DNA of 32,000 nt from Actinospica acidithermotolerans (GTDB lineage: Bacteria > Actinomycetota > Actinomycetes > Streptomycetales > Catenulisporaceae), in the NCBI RefSeq assembly GCF_018139625.1, contig NZ_JAGSOH010000027.1, positions 284-32,283 on the forward strand, read 5' to 3'. The notes below the pieces were generated by a model that was given only the letters and a program-made list of their open reading frames with translations, did no database searches and had not been told where the DNA came from. This document shows positions 24,424-32,000 of this stretch, piece after piece. Within the stretch, counting starts at the first letter, position 1; the number at the start of each line of letters is the position of its first letter. Position numbers and translations under genes: made by a program.

Positions 24424-24510
24424 ACCTGGATCGGCGGGGAGACGGAGCCGCGGCTGCGCGACCTGAGGCGGATCCAGGACCTGTTCGGCGAGGTGCCGTT
24501 CCCCTGAACC
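24343..24510. repeat. perfect 84-bp tandem duplication (2 copies) covering the last 26 codons, the stop and 3 nt of the regulator gene
   Basis: Copy 1 (24343-24426) and copy 2 (24427-24510) were compared base by base and are identical: tggatcggcggggagacggagccgcggctgcgcgacctgaggcggatccaggacctgttcggcgaggtgccgttcccctgaacc. Flanking bases differ on both sides. Confidence 0.97.
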
Positions 24511-24528
24511 GCGACTAGCCTGTGAACC

Positions 24529-25089
24529 ATGTCGGCACCTGCTGGGCGCCACGCGATCGGCCCGGATCGGGGCCGCGTGCTGCTGCGCACCTACCGTCAG
24601 GGCCTGGCCGCGTCCGCGGGGCACGACCTGGTCGTCGAGTTCGCGCGCTGGTCCGCCGAGCTGACCGTGGACGGATCGGGCGTGACCGGTCTGACCGCCG
24701 TGCTCGACGTGACCTCGTTCACCGTCGTCGAAGGCACCGGCGGCGTCAAGCCGCTGAGCGACCGGGACAAGCGCGAGATCGCGGCGACGGCGCGCAAGCA
24801 GCTCTCGTCCGACCGCTTCCCGGAAGCCCGCTTCGCCGCCACCGCCTTCACGCCCGGCGAATCCGGCGGCGGCACGGTCTCCGGAACGCTGACGCTCGTC
24901 GGCAGGGAGCGGCCGTTCGCGCTGACCGTCGCCTCCCCGGCCGACGAGCGCTACCACGCGTCGGGCCAGGTCGTGCAGAGCGAATTCGGCATCAAGCCCT
25001 ACTCCGGCTTCTTCGGCGCGCTCAAACTGCGCGACGCGGTCGACGTCGAGATCGACGTCGACCTGTCCGGACTCGGCGGCGGATGGTGA
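24529..25089 (+). CDS. YceI-like (polyisoprenoid-binding) family protein, cytoplasmic (no signal peptide)
   Basis: 186-aa ORF. YceI-type features: GHDLVVEFARWSAELTVD, GTLTLVGRERPFALTV, and the C-terminal FGIKPYSGFFGALKLRDAVDVEIDV. Confidence 0.75.
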   Translation: MSAPAGRHAIGPDRGRVLLRTYRQGLAASAGHDLVVEFARWSAELTVDGSGVTGLTAVLDVTSFTVVEGTGGVKPLSDRDKREIAATARKQLSSDRFPEARFAATAFTPGESGGGTVSGTLTLVGRERPFALTVASPADERYHASGQVVQSEFGIKPYSGFFGALKLRDAVDVEIDVDLSGLGGGW

Positions 25090-25370
25090 AGTTCCTGGTC
25101 CTCTGGCGGATCGAGCTGTCGCTGCTCTCGCGGGAGATGGCCACCGCGGTCGCGCGGATGCCCGGGTACGCCGCTCCGCTCGAGCACTCGGGCAAGGTCG
25201 TCGCGCGCTACCACCTCGTCGGCCAGCACGGGGGCGCCTGGATCTACGACGTGGCCTCGAACGAGGAGCTCGAACGGCTGCTCGGCGCGGCACCGGTGTA
25301 CAACTTCGCGCGGTATGAGATCCACCCGCTGGCCGAGATGACGGAAATGGCAGAGCTCGATACCGAATAG
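25083..25370 (+). CDS. muconolactone delta-isomerase-like small protein (ferredoxin-like fold)
   Basis: ATG 25083 (MVKFLVLWRIELSLLS...GGAWIYDVASNEELERLLGAAPVYNFARYEIHPL) is in frame in track ORF 24522-25370. It overlaps the YceI-like stop by 7 nt. 95 aa, the typical size for this family. Confidence 0.55.
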   Translation: MVKFLVLWRIELSLLSREMATAVARMPGYAAPLEHSGKVVARYHLVGQHGGAWIYDVASNEELERLLGAAPVYNFARYEIHPLAEMTEMAELDTE

Positions 25371-25426
25371 CCGAATAGTCCGATTCAGCGATTGACCGAT
25401 CGGCGGGCCCGGCGAAGACTGGAAGT

Positions 25427-25446
25427 GCGGCCGCGTCCGCGGCCGC
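25427..25446. terminator. GC-rich perfect inverted repeat (two NotI sites) between the isomerase-like gene and the XRE gene
   Basis: GCGGCCGCG-tc-CGCGGCCGC has 9-bp arms and lies 22 nt upstream of the XRE ATG. It could be a terminator hairpin or an operator. Confidence 0.35.
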
Positions 25447-25467
25447 TACGGGTGGCGGTGGAGGGTC

Positions 25468-25845
25468 ATGTCCTCGGCTCAGGGCACCTCGGCGAGAGAG
25501 CGGCACTGGACGTGCGCGGTGCGGCTGCGCGAGCGCCGCCGCGAGCTCGGGCTCACCCAGATCGACGTCGTCGACCGGCTGCGCGCACGCGGCGCGGGCC
25601 TGACCAACCGAGCGCTCAGCGCGATGGAGAACGGCCGCGGCCTGGACCTCGGCATACTGCCCGACCTGGCCGCCGTGCTGGACTGCTCGATCACGTACCT
25701 GCTCGGACTGACCGCCGACCCCTCGTGCTGGCAGCCGGACCAGCCGCCGCGCCCGGAGTCCGGGTCATGCGCGTCCTCCGCCGCCGACCGCTGCTCGTGG
25801 ATCCTCGGACCCGACATCCCGGACACCACCCGCGCATCCAACTGA
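25468..25845 (+). CDS. XRE-family HTH transcriptional regulator
   Basis: 125-aa ORF. The HTH is LRERRRELGLTQIDVVDRLRARGAGLTNRALSAMENGRG. GGAGG lies just upstream. The C-terminal tail has three Cys residues (CWQ..SCASSAADRCSW). Confidence 0.85.
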   Translation: MSSAQGTSARERHWTCAVRLRERRRELGLTQIDVVDRLRARGAGLTNRALSAMENGRGLDLGILPDLAAVLDCSITYLLGLTADPSCWQPDQPPRPESGSCASSAADRCSWILGPDIPDTTRASN

Positions 25846-25868
25846 ACCCGCACCCGTAGGAGGCACCG

Positions 25869-26891
25869 ATGGCGCTGCCCCTGCACCGACCGTTCCGGCT
25901 CGGCGCCGCGCTGGCGCTCGCCGCGACGACGGCGATCACCGCGGCCTGCAGCGGCAGCGCCTCCGCGTCTCCCGGCTCTTCCGCGGCCACGGGTTCGTAC
26001 ACGATCACGATGTACACCTCGGCGACGCAGAAGACCGTGGACGCCGTGGTGGCGGGCTACAAACGGACGCATCCCGGTGCGAGCTTCAGCATCTACCGCG
26101 CCGTGACCGGGGACATCAACGCGCGCATCGCCGCCGACGAGCGCACCGGAGGCGTGCGGGCCGACGTCATCTGGGGCACCGACCCGCTGTCGATGGAGGC
26201 GTACGCGAAGGACGGCATCCTCAGGGCGCACCCGATCACGGTGCCCGCCGGGATCCCCGCGCAGTACAGCACCGAGTACCTGATCCCGACCCGGCTGCTC
26301 TACAACGTCCTCGTGGTGCACAAGGGCTTCACCCCGGTGCCGGCCTCGTGGTCCGACCTGACGCAGCCCGCGTACCGGGGCAAGGTCGCGATCTCGGACC
26401 CGGCAGCGGCGGGCTCGGCGTTCGCAGTACTCGGGTACTTCGCCCAGACCCCGGGATACGGGATGGCCTACTTCTCGAAGCTCAAGGCGAACGGAGCCGT
26501 GCAGGTCAGCACGCCGACCGAAGTGGTCACCGACGTCGCGGACGGCCGCTACCAGGTCGGGATCACCCTCGACTCGCTCGTTCGGCCCGCGATCAAGGCC
26601 GGATCGCCGGTGGAGATGGCATGGCCCGAGCCGGGCGCGATCGCCGAATACAGCCCGATCGCGGTCACCGCGAACTCGAAGAAGACCGCCGCGGACGCCG
26701 CCTTCCTCGACTACGTGCTCTCCAAGCCCGGGCAGCAGGAGATCGCCGCGACCGGATGGCAGCCGGTGCTGCCGGGCGTCCCCGGGCCCAGGATTCCGGC
26801 CGGCGGCCACGAGGTCTGGCCGAACTGGAATGCGCTGTTCCCGCAGGAGAAGCAGCTGCTGACCCGGTATCAAGCGATCTTCGGCGCCTGA
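25869..26891 (+). CDS. ABC importer substrate-binding lipoprotein (family-1, Fbp/Afu iron(III)-type architecture; substrate unproven)
   Basis: 340-aa ORF. The lipobox is AITAAC, followed by a Ser/Gly-rich linker. AGGAGG lies upstream. General similarity to Fe3+/solute-binding family-1 proteins (ITMYTS..., DVIWGTDP, VAISDPAAAGSAF). Confidence 0.8.
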   Translation: MALPLHRPFRLGAALALAATTAITAACSGSASASPGSSAATGSYTITMYTSATQKTVDAVVAGYKRTHPGASFSIYRAVTGDINARIAADERTGGVRADVIWGTDPLSMEAYAKDGILRAHPITVPAGIPAQYSTEYLIPTRLLYNVLVVHKGFTPVPASWSDLTQPAYRGKVAISDPAAAGSAFAVLGYFAQTPGYGMAYFSKLKANGAVQVSTPTEVVTDVADGRYQVGITLDSLVRPAIKAGSPVEMAWPEPGAIAEYSPIAVTANSKKTAADAAFLDYVLSKPGQQEIAATGWQPVLPGVPGPRIPAGGHEVWPNWNALFPQEKQLLTRYQAIFGA

Positions 26892-26892
26892 C

Positions 26893-28533
26893 ATGCTCCC
26901 GGCGCGCGCCCGACCGGTGAGCGTCGTGCTCGTCGTCGCTCTGCTCGGGGCGCTGATCGCGGTTCCGGTCGGGCAGCTCGCCAGGACGGCGTTCGCCTCC
27001 GGCTGGTCGGGAGCGATGGCGGCGGCCGGTTCCCGGCAGGCCGTCCTCGCCCTGGAGCACACGGCGCTGGTGTCCGTCCTGGTGACGGCGTTCGCCGTGA
27101 TCTGCGGTGGCGCGCTCGCGCTCGTCGTCGAGCGACGGCCGCGCCGTAGCCGCACGCTGCTGCGCCTTGCGGTTATCAGCCCGCTGCTGATCCCCGAGTT
27201 CGTGCTCGGTTTCTCCTGGTCGCAGGCTTACGGACCGTCCGGCACGCTGGACCGCGCCGCCGGGATCACCGTTCCCGGGCTGCTCGGCCCGACCGGCGTC
27301 GTGCTCGTGCTCACGGTGCATGCGATCCCCTTGGCCTACCTCGTGATCGCCGCCGGACTCGCGACGCGCGCCGAGCCGGACCTCGAACTGGCCGCGCGGG
27401 CATCGGGCGCGAACGGCCGGACCGTACTGCGCACGGTGACGCTGCCGCTGCTCCGTCCGGCGCTGACCGCCGCCGCGGCGCTCGTGTTCGTCACCTCGAC
27501 GAACAGTTTCGCCGTCCCGCAGGTGCTCGGCGAACCTGCCGGGTTCGCGACCATGTCCACGCTGATCTTCAACGACCTGAATCTCTCCGCGTCGCCGGAC
27601 GTCTTCAACCAGCTGGCCGTCGTCGCCCTGGAGCAGACGGCGCTGGTGCTGGCCGCAATCCTGGTCTTCGGCCTGATCCTGCGCAGGACGGCGACGGAGT
27701 CGGTCCGCGGCCCGACGACGGTCGGCGAACGCGCCGCGGTTGCCGCCGGCGGGCACGTCGCGAGCCGTATCACGACTGCCCTGGTCGGACTCTACGTTCT
27801 GATCGCGACAGTCGTCCCGCTGCTCGTGCTGATCGGCGTGGCCCTCACCCGCGGGCCCGGCCTCGCGCCCACCCCGGCCAACTGGACGACGTCGAACTTC
27901 GCCGACGCCTTCAGCGGACCGACCTGGGTCGGCCTGTGGCACAGCCTGGTCCTCGCCGCGCTCGCGGCCGTGATCGTCATCGTCATGTGCCTGCCCACAG
28001 TGCTCGGCACGGGAGGCCGTGCGCGAACCACGCTGGGCGCCGGGGTACTGCTGGGCTACGCCGTGCCGGGCTCGGCTCTCGCGGTCGGCATCCTCATCGC
28101 GTATGGCAGCCCACTGGAGGGCTCGGCGATGATCATCCTCATCGCGTACCTCGCCAAGCTGTGGGCGGTCGGGCACCGCCCGCTCAGCGCGGGAGTGGAT
28201 CGTCTGGTGCCCGAGCACGCCATGGCGGCTCGGGCGAGCGGCGCCGGCCCGCTGACCGCCCTGGGCTCGGTCGTGCTGCCTCCGCTTCGCGTCGCGCTGC
28301 TGACGGGCGCAGGCCTGGTGTTCGTGCTCGCGGTTCAGGAAGTGACGATGTCAGGGATCCTCTACGGTCCGGGCTCCGAGACCTTCGCGGCGGTCATCCT
28401 CAACCAGCAGGATCTGGGCTCCGACGGCGCGACGGCGGCCCTCGCGCTGACGATGACCGTGCCGCTGCTGTTCATCGGCCTGTTACTCGTGGCCGGACGA
28501 CGCCGCCTGCGATCACCGGAAGCGGTCGCATGA
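26893..28533 (+). CDS. ABC importer permease, fused two-domain (FbpB-type)
   Basis: 546-aa ORF starting 1 nt after the SBP stop. It has two tandem 6-TM permease halves, each with an EAA-like loop (ELAARASGANGRTVLRTVTLPLLRPAL and EHAMAARASGAGPLTALGSVVLPPLRVAL). Confidence 0.9.
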   Translation: MLPARARPVSVVLVVALLGALIAVPVGQLARTAFASGWSGAMAAAGSRQAVLALEHTALVSVLVTAFAVICGGALALVVERRPRRSRTLLRLAVISPLLIPEFVLGFSWSQAYGPSGTLDRAAGITVPGLLGPTGVVLVLTVHAIPLAYLVIAAGLATRAEPDLELAARASGANGRTVLRTVTLPLLRPALTAAAALVFVTSTNSFAVPQVLGEPAGFATMSTLIFNDLNLSASPDVFNQLAVVALEQTALVLAAILVFGLILRRTATESVRGPTTVGERAAVAAGGHVASRITTALVGLYVLIATVVPLLVLIGVALTRGPGLAPTPANWTTSNFADAFSGPTWVGLWHSLVLAALAAVIVIVMCLPTVLGTGGRARTTLGAGVLLGYAVPGSALAVGILIAYGSPLEGSAMIILIAYLAKLWAVGHRPLSAGVDRLVPEHAMAARASGAGPLTALGSVVLPPLRVALLTGAGLVFVLAVQEVTMSGILYGPGSETFAAVILNQQDLGSDGATAALALTMTVPLLFIGLLLVAGRRRLRSPEAVA

Positions 28534-29585
28534 GCCCGGCCATGACCGCGCTCCAATGCCGGGACGTGACCGTGGGCCACGCAGGCGTCCCGGCGCTCGA
28601 CGGCCTTTCGCTGACCGTCGGCGCAGGCGAACTGCTCGCCATACTCGGCAGCTCGGGTTCGGGGAAGACGACGCTGCTGCACACCATCGCCGGGTTCATC
28701 CCGCCGCTGGCCGGGGAGATCTGGCTGGCCGACCGCTTGGTCGCGGGCGGTCGACGGACGGTGCCGCCCGAACATCGCAGTGTCGGCGTCGTCTTCCAGC
28801 ACTACGCCCTGTGGCCGCACATGTCGGTGCTGGACACGGTCGCGTATCCGCTGCGCAGGTCGGGCGGTACACGCGGGCAGGCCCGGAGTGACGCCGCCGA
28901 ACTGCTGGGAGACCTGCACATCGAGCACCTCGCCCACCGACGGCCGAGCGAGTTGTCCGGCGGCGAGCAGCAGCGCGTCGCACTCGCCCGCGCACTCGCC
29001 CGGCATCCGGCGGTCTACCTGTTCGACGAGCCGACCGCCCACCTCGATGCCCCACTGCGCGGCGTGGTCCTCGATGAGGTCGCCGACCAGCGGAAACAGC
29101 AGGGCACCGCCGCGTTGTACGCGACGCACGACGCCGCCGAGGCGCTGGCGCTCGCGGATCGGGTAGCGGTGCTGGACCACGGCCGACTCGTGCAGCTGGG
29201 AACGCCCACGGAGGTCTACGAACGACCCGCGTCGCTGGCCGTGGCACGGCTGGCCGGACCCGCGTCGGTGCTCGCCGCCGAGCCCGGATCCCGTGACCGT
29301 ACCCCGCGGCTCGTGCGGCCCGACTGGGTCGGTCTCGATCGGGCGAGTCTCGGCGAAGGCGGCGCATGGGAAGCGCGTGTCACCGCAGTCGCGTTCCACG
29401 GCCCGCACACGGACTACCGCCTGGAGACCGAGGCCGGCGAACTGCTCGCTCGCGAACCCGGACCCGCGCGTTTCTCGGCCGGCGAGCGCGTGCGCTGGTC
29501 GCTGACGAGGTCGTGGCCGCTCGCCGACGCCTCCCGCTTCCCCGAAGCTTCCCAGCCCGCCACCGACGTGCCTAAGCTGGCGTGA
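28530..29585 (+). CDS. ABC importer ATP-binding protein with C-terminal TOBE-like domain
   Basis: ATG 28530 forms an ATGA overlap with the permease stop. Walker A GSSGSGKTT, signature LSGGEQQRVALARAL, Walker B VYLFDEPTAHLD, H-loop YATHD. Confidence 0.9.
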   Translation: MSPAMTALQCRDVTVGHAGVPALDGLSLTVGAGELLAILGSSGSGKTTLLHTIAGFIPPLAGEIWLADRLVAGGRRTVPPEHRSVGVVFQHYALWPHMSVLDTVAYPLRRSGGTRGQARSDAAELLGDLHIEHLAHRRPSELSGGEQQRVALARALARHPAVYLFDEPTAHLDAPLRGVVLDEVADQRKQQGTAALYATHDAAEALALADRVAVLDHGRLVQLGTPTEVYERPASLAVARLAGPASVLAAEPGSRDRTPRLVRPDWVGLDRASLGEGGAWEARVTAVAFHGPHTDYRLETEAGELLAREPGPARFSAGERVRWSLTRSWPLADASRFPEASQPATDVPKLA

Positions 29586-29595
29586 AGGAGCACCG

Positions 29596-29925
29596 ATGCA
29601 CGAACTCGCGATCACCCAGAGCATCGTCGACGCGATCACCGATCGGGTCGGGGACGAGCGCGTGAGCGTCGTGCACCTGGAGATCGGCGCGCTGGCCGGG
29701 ATCGTGCCCGACTCCGTGTGCTTCTGCTTCGACCTCGTATCCGAGGGGACCGGGCTGGCCGGAGCCGAGCTGGAGATCTCCCGGCCGCAGGGCAGGTCCC
29801 GCTGCCGGGAGTGCGGGAGCGAATTCGAGCACGAGGACCCGATCGCGGCCTGCCGCTGCGGCGGGGTGGACCTGGACGTGCTCTCCGGCCGCGAACTGCG
29901 GATCGTCTCGGTGGAAGTGGTCTGA
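29596..29925 (+). CDS. hypA: hydrogenase nickel-insertion metallochaperone HypA
   Basis: 109-aa ORF. The MHELAITQSIVD N-terminus is the MHE nickel site. The zinc site is CRECGSEF...ACRCGG. AAGGAG overlaps the ATPase stop 10 nt upstream. Confidence 0.95.
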   Translation: MHELAITQSIVDAITDRVGDERVSVVHLEIGALAGIVPDSVCFCFDLVSEGTGLAGAELEISRPQGRSRCRECGSEFEHEDPIAACRCGGVDLDVLSGRELRIVSVEVV

Positions 29926-29927
29926 CC

Positions 29928-30734
29928 ATGTGCCGGACCTGCGGCTGCGGCGAAGACGAGGATGTCCGCGTCTACGAACCGGCCGAAGCAGGCCACGAGC
30001 ATCCGCACCCCCGCGACCACGAGCACGGCCACGAGCACGGCCATGAGCACAGCCACGAGCACCCGAATCCGGCCTCGCACTCCGCTCAAGCGCGGACCGT
30101 CGAGCTCGACGTTCCCGTACTCGCCAAGAACGACGAGCTCGCCGCGCGGAACCGCGAACGCCTCCGGGAGCTCAACGCGTTCGCGGTCAACCTGATGAGC
30201 TCCCCCGGCTCGGGCAAGACCACGCTGCTGGAACGCACCATCCGCGCGCTCGACGGTGCCCGCCCGGTCTGCGTCGTCGAAGGCGACCAGGAGACGCCGC
30301 TGGACGCGCAGCGCATCCGCGCCACCGGATGCCGCGCGGTCCAGATCAACACCGGCGCCGGCTGCCACCTCGACGCGGTGATGTTCGCCGACGCCCTCGA
30401 CCGCCTCAGGCCGCCCGCCGACGCGCTGGTGCTGACGGAGAACGTCGGAAACCTCGTGTGCCCGGCGCTGTTCGACCTCGGGGAGCAGGCCCGCGTCGTG
30501 ATCGCCTCGGTCACCGAGGGCGTTGACAAGCCGTTGAAGTACCCGCACATGTTCCAGAGCGCCGACGTGCTGATCCTCAACAAGATCGACCTGCTGCCGT
30601 ACGTCGACTTCGACGTCGAGCAGTTCGCCGAGCACGCGCGCCGCGTCAATCCGCGCGTCAGGATCATGCACCTCTCGGCGACCCGGGGAGACGGCCTCGG
30701 CGCGTGGACCGATTGGCTGCTCGGCCGCACGTGA
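29928..30734 (+). CDS. hypB: hydrogenase nickel-insertion GTPase HypB
   Basis: ATG 29928 is 2 nt after the hypA stop. The N-terminal MCRTCGCG motif (CxxCGC), a His-rich tract (HEHPHPRDHEHGHEHGHEHSHEHP), the P-loop GSPGSGKTTLL, and NKIDLL. Confidence 0.95.
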   Translation: MCRTCGCGEDEDVRVYEPAEAGHEHPHPRDHEHGHEHGHEHSHEHPNPASHSAQARTVELDVPVLAKNDELAARNRERLRELNAFAVNLMSSPGSGKTTLLERTIRALDGARPVCVVEGDQETPLDAQRIRATGCRAVQINTGAGCHLDAVMFADALDRLRPPADALVLTENVGNLVCPALFDLGEQARVVIASVTEGVDKPLKYPHMFQSADVLILNKIDLLPYVDFDVEQFAEHARRVNPRVRIMHLSATRGDGLGAWTDWLLGRT

Positions 30735-30747
30735 CCGAGCCCGGACC

Positions 30748-31620
30748 TCAGCGGCAGGCCTGATACGTCTTGTCGTCGAGGTTGATGTCGAAGCGGACGC
30801 CGTTGAAGTCGTTCTTGTTGTCAGCCGCGCAGAACTTCGCAGTGGCGAGGTAGTACTCGGCCTGGAAGACCGGCTTGCCCGCGGCGACGTACTGGTCGTA
30901 GCCGTAGTCGCCGTTCTGGGCGGTGGTGCACTCCTCATACTGGTTGCACTGCTCGTTCAGCGCGCCGTCGAAGTAGGAGACGAGCTGCGGGATCTGCGCG
31001 TCGTCGTTCTTCTGCAGCACGCTCAGGCCGCGGACGTGGGCGTCGTCGGCGAGCGTGGCGTTGAAGTAGATCTGGTCGTTCGCCGTCAGCGGGAACCCGG
31101 TGGTGTTGGAATAGCCGTCGACGTTGTCGAGCTCGACCATGTCGAAGCCCTTGGTGTGGCACATGTCCAGGCGGGTGTCCATGATCTTGCGCAGCACGCT
31201 GCCGGACTTCTGCACGTTGCGGATGTCCAGCCATTTCTCCCCCGCCCAGCCGTTCGACTTGCCGAGCAGCGCCGCCGGGAACTGCGAGGCGTCCGGACGC
31301 CAGTTCTCGTACGTGCCCGCGGAGATGTAGCAGACCGCCTTGATGCCGGCGGCGTGCAGCTTCGCGACGTCGGCGGCGGTGTTGTCGAAGCCGTCCACGT
31401 CGTACATCTTCACCGACCGGTAGGGCGCGCTCGGCACCTTGGACAGCACCCAGTCCCACGACGTGCGCACGGCCGGATGCCAGCAGGCCGAGCAGGCGAC
31501 CGGCTTCGGCGGCGCCGGAGCGGCCGAGGCGGCGGGGGCGATCAGGACCGCGCCCGAGACGGCCAGGACGCCGGCTCCTGCCAGCATCAGCAGCCGCTTG
31601 CCGGAAAGGACGAAGAACAC
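30748..31620 (-). CDS. secreted GH114-family glycoside hydrolase (endo-alpha-1,4-polygalactosaminidase-like)
   Basis: In frame in track ORF 30748-31986. I prefer GTG 31620 (VFFVLSGKRLLMLAGAGVLAVSGAVLIAPAASA, a signal peptide) with GGAGG 5 nt upstream. GH114-like blocks are WDWVL, YDVDGFD, VCYISAGTYENWRPD, GEKWLDIR, GFDMVELDNVDGY and NEQCNQYEEC. Confidence 0.85.
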   Translation of the reverse strand: MFFVLSGKRLLMLAGAGVLAVSGAVLIAPAASAAPAPPKPVACSACWHPAVRTSWDWVLSKVPSAPYRSVKMYDVDGFDNTAADVAKLHAAGIKAVCYISAGTYENWRPDASQFPAALLGKSNGWAGEKWLDIRNVQKSGSVLRKIMDTRLDMCHTKGFDMVELDNVDGYSNTTGFPLTANDQIYFNATLADDAHVRGLSVLQKNDDAQIPQLVSYFDGALNEQCNQYEECTTAQNGDYGYDQYVAAGKPVFQAEYYLATAKFCAADNKNDFNGVRFDINLDDKTYQACR

Positions 31621-31774
31621 CGCTACCTCCCAAGGATCCGCGCACATTCGCGCTCGGATATGGAGTACGACGCCGACCCGGATGGCGTTCGGTTCCGCCG
31701 TGCGGAATGGTAGGAGGTCGGTGGACGACCGCGGCGCGCCACGGCGGTGGCCGACGAGTACGGCTGGAGGGCCG

Positions 31775-32000
31775 ATGTTCGAACTGGGCAGCGACGGACC
31801 GCGCGTGATCCTCGTCGGGGTCGACGGCTCGCGGTCCTCGATGCGCGCGGGCGCGTACGCCGCCGGACTGGCCAGGAGGCAGCGGTCCCTGCTGGTCATC
31901 GCGTACATCCAGCCGGTCGGCGCGGGCGCCGTGCCGCAGGCGGCGGCCTCGATCGCCGCGGCCGGGCGGGACATCGCCGAGGACATCCGGGCCGAGATCC
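31775..32000 (+). CDS. universal stress protein (UspA family), N-terminal part, continues beyond window
   Basis: Hand translation; there is no stop in the window, so it is absent from the track. MFELGSDGPRVILVGVDGSRSSMRAGAYAAGLARRQRSLLVIAYIQP. GGAGG lies 4 nt upstream of ATG 31775. An in-frame GTG at 31721 with AGGAGG upstream is an alternative start. Confidence 0.7.
   Translation, partial: MFELGSDGPRVILVGVDGSRSSMRAGAYAAGLARRQRSLLVIAYIQPVGAGAVPQAAASIAAAGRDIAEDIRAEI

Noticed and set aside
23712-24590. 293-codon N-terminal extension of hhyS (track ORF 22629-24590, 653 aa), and ORFs 23784-24518 (+) and 23935-25506 (-)
   Set aside because: The extension crosses the promoter region and runs antisense to the HTH regulator. 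Small-subunit homology begins only near 23711. The others are shadows that merely echo the 84-bp duplication.
28362-30938. 858-aa minus-strand ORF opposite the ABC ATPase, hypA and hypB, and 26665-28218 (-, 517 aa) opposite the permease
   Set aside because: These are frame shadows opposite genes with canonical Walker/signature, HypA and HypB motifs.
31621-31986. 122-codon N-terminal extension of the GH114 ORF (track 30748-31986)
   Set aside because: The extension overlaps the divergent promoter and the USP gene in antisense. A GTG at 31620 with GGAGG upstream gives a normal signal peptide.
1-32000. Search for mobile elements, integrases, tRNA/rRNA genes or phage-defence genes
   Set aside because: I recognised no transposase, integrase or recombinase motifs, terminal inverted repeats, tRNA-like cloverleaf candidates or nuclease/helicase defence signatures. 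The composition appears uniformly high-GC, so there is no evidence for an island.

Overview
This is a very high-GC actinobacterial (Streptomyces-like) chromosomal segment. GC content was judged by eye, not computed. Most long Arg/Pro/Gly-rich ORFs in the track are frame shadows, and several track ORFs are artificial 5' extensions or fusions of real genes. I re-derived starts from Shine-Dalgarno spacing, signal peptides and family-typical N-termini.

Gene content, left to right:
- Three tandem paralogs encode secreted tectonin-like beta-propeller proteins, with a 20-24 bp tandem-repeat array between two of them, next to a large LAL/LuxR ATPase regulator.
- A GPP34-like protein, a beta-lactamase-fold serine hydrolase with altered catalytic motifs, and a DDN-type F420 oxidoreductase follow.
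- A translationally coupled TldD/PmbA pair lies divergent from a RanBP2-type zinc-ribbon membrane protein.
- A TetR/MFS divergent pair follows, in which the MFS carries a 232-aa Ala-rich repeat insertion.
- A ten-gene minus-strand operon encodes a group 1h (Hhy, high-affinity actinobacterial type) [NiFe]-hydrogenase: hhyS, hhyL, a NifU/Rieske-like gene, three conserved unknowns, the endopeptidase, an overlapping 34-aa membrane-peptide ORF, hypC and one further conserved unknown.
- A divergent HTH regulator follows, whose 3' end is perfectly duplicated (84 bp x2), then a YceI-like and a muconolactone-isomerase-like pair.
- An apparent six-gene plus-strand operon runs XRE regulator, Fbp-type ABC importer (SBP, double permease, ATPase), hypA, hypB.
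- A secreted GH114 hydrolase and a partial universal stress protein close the window.

No rRNA, tRNA, CRISPR array or mobile element was seen.

The most interesting signals are the ABC importer-hypAB fusion operon, the uncharacterised ATGA-coupled hydrogenase accessory genes including the hidden small ORF, the regulator with the perfect tandem duplication, and the repeat array in the beta-propeller cluster.
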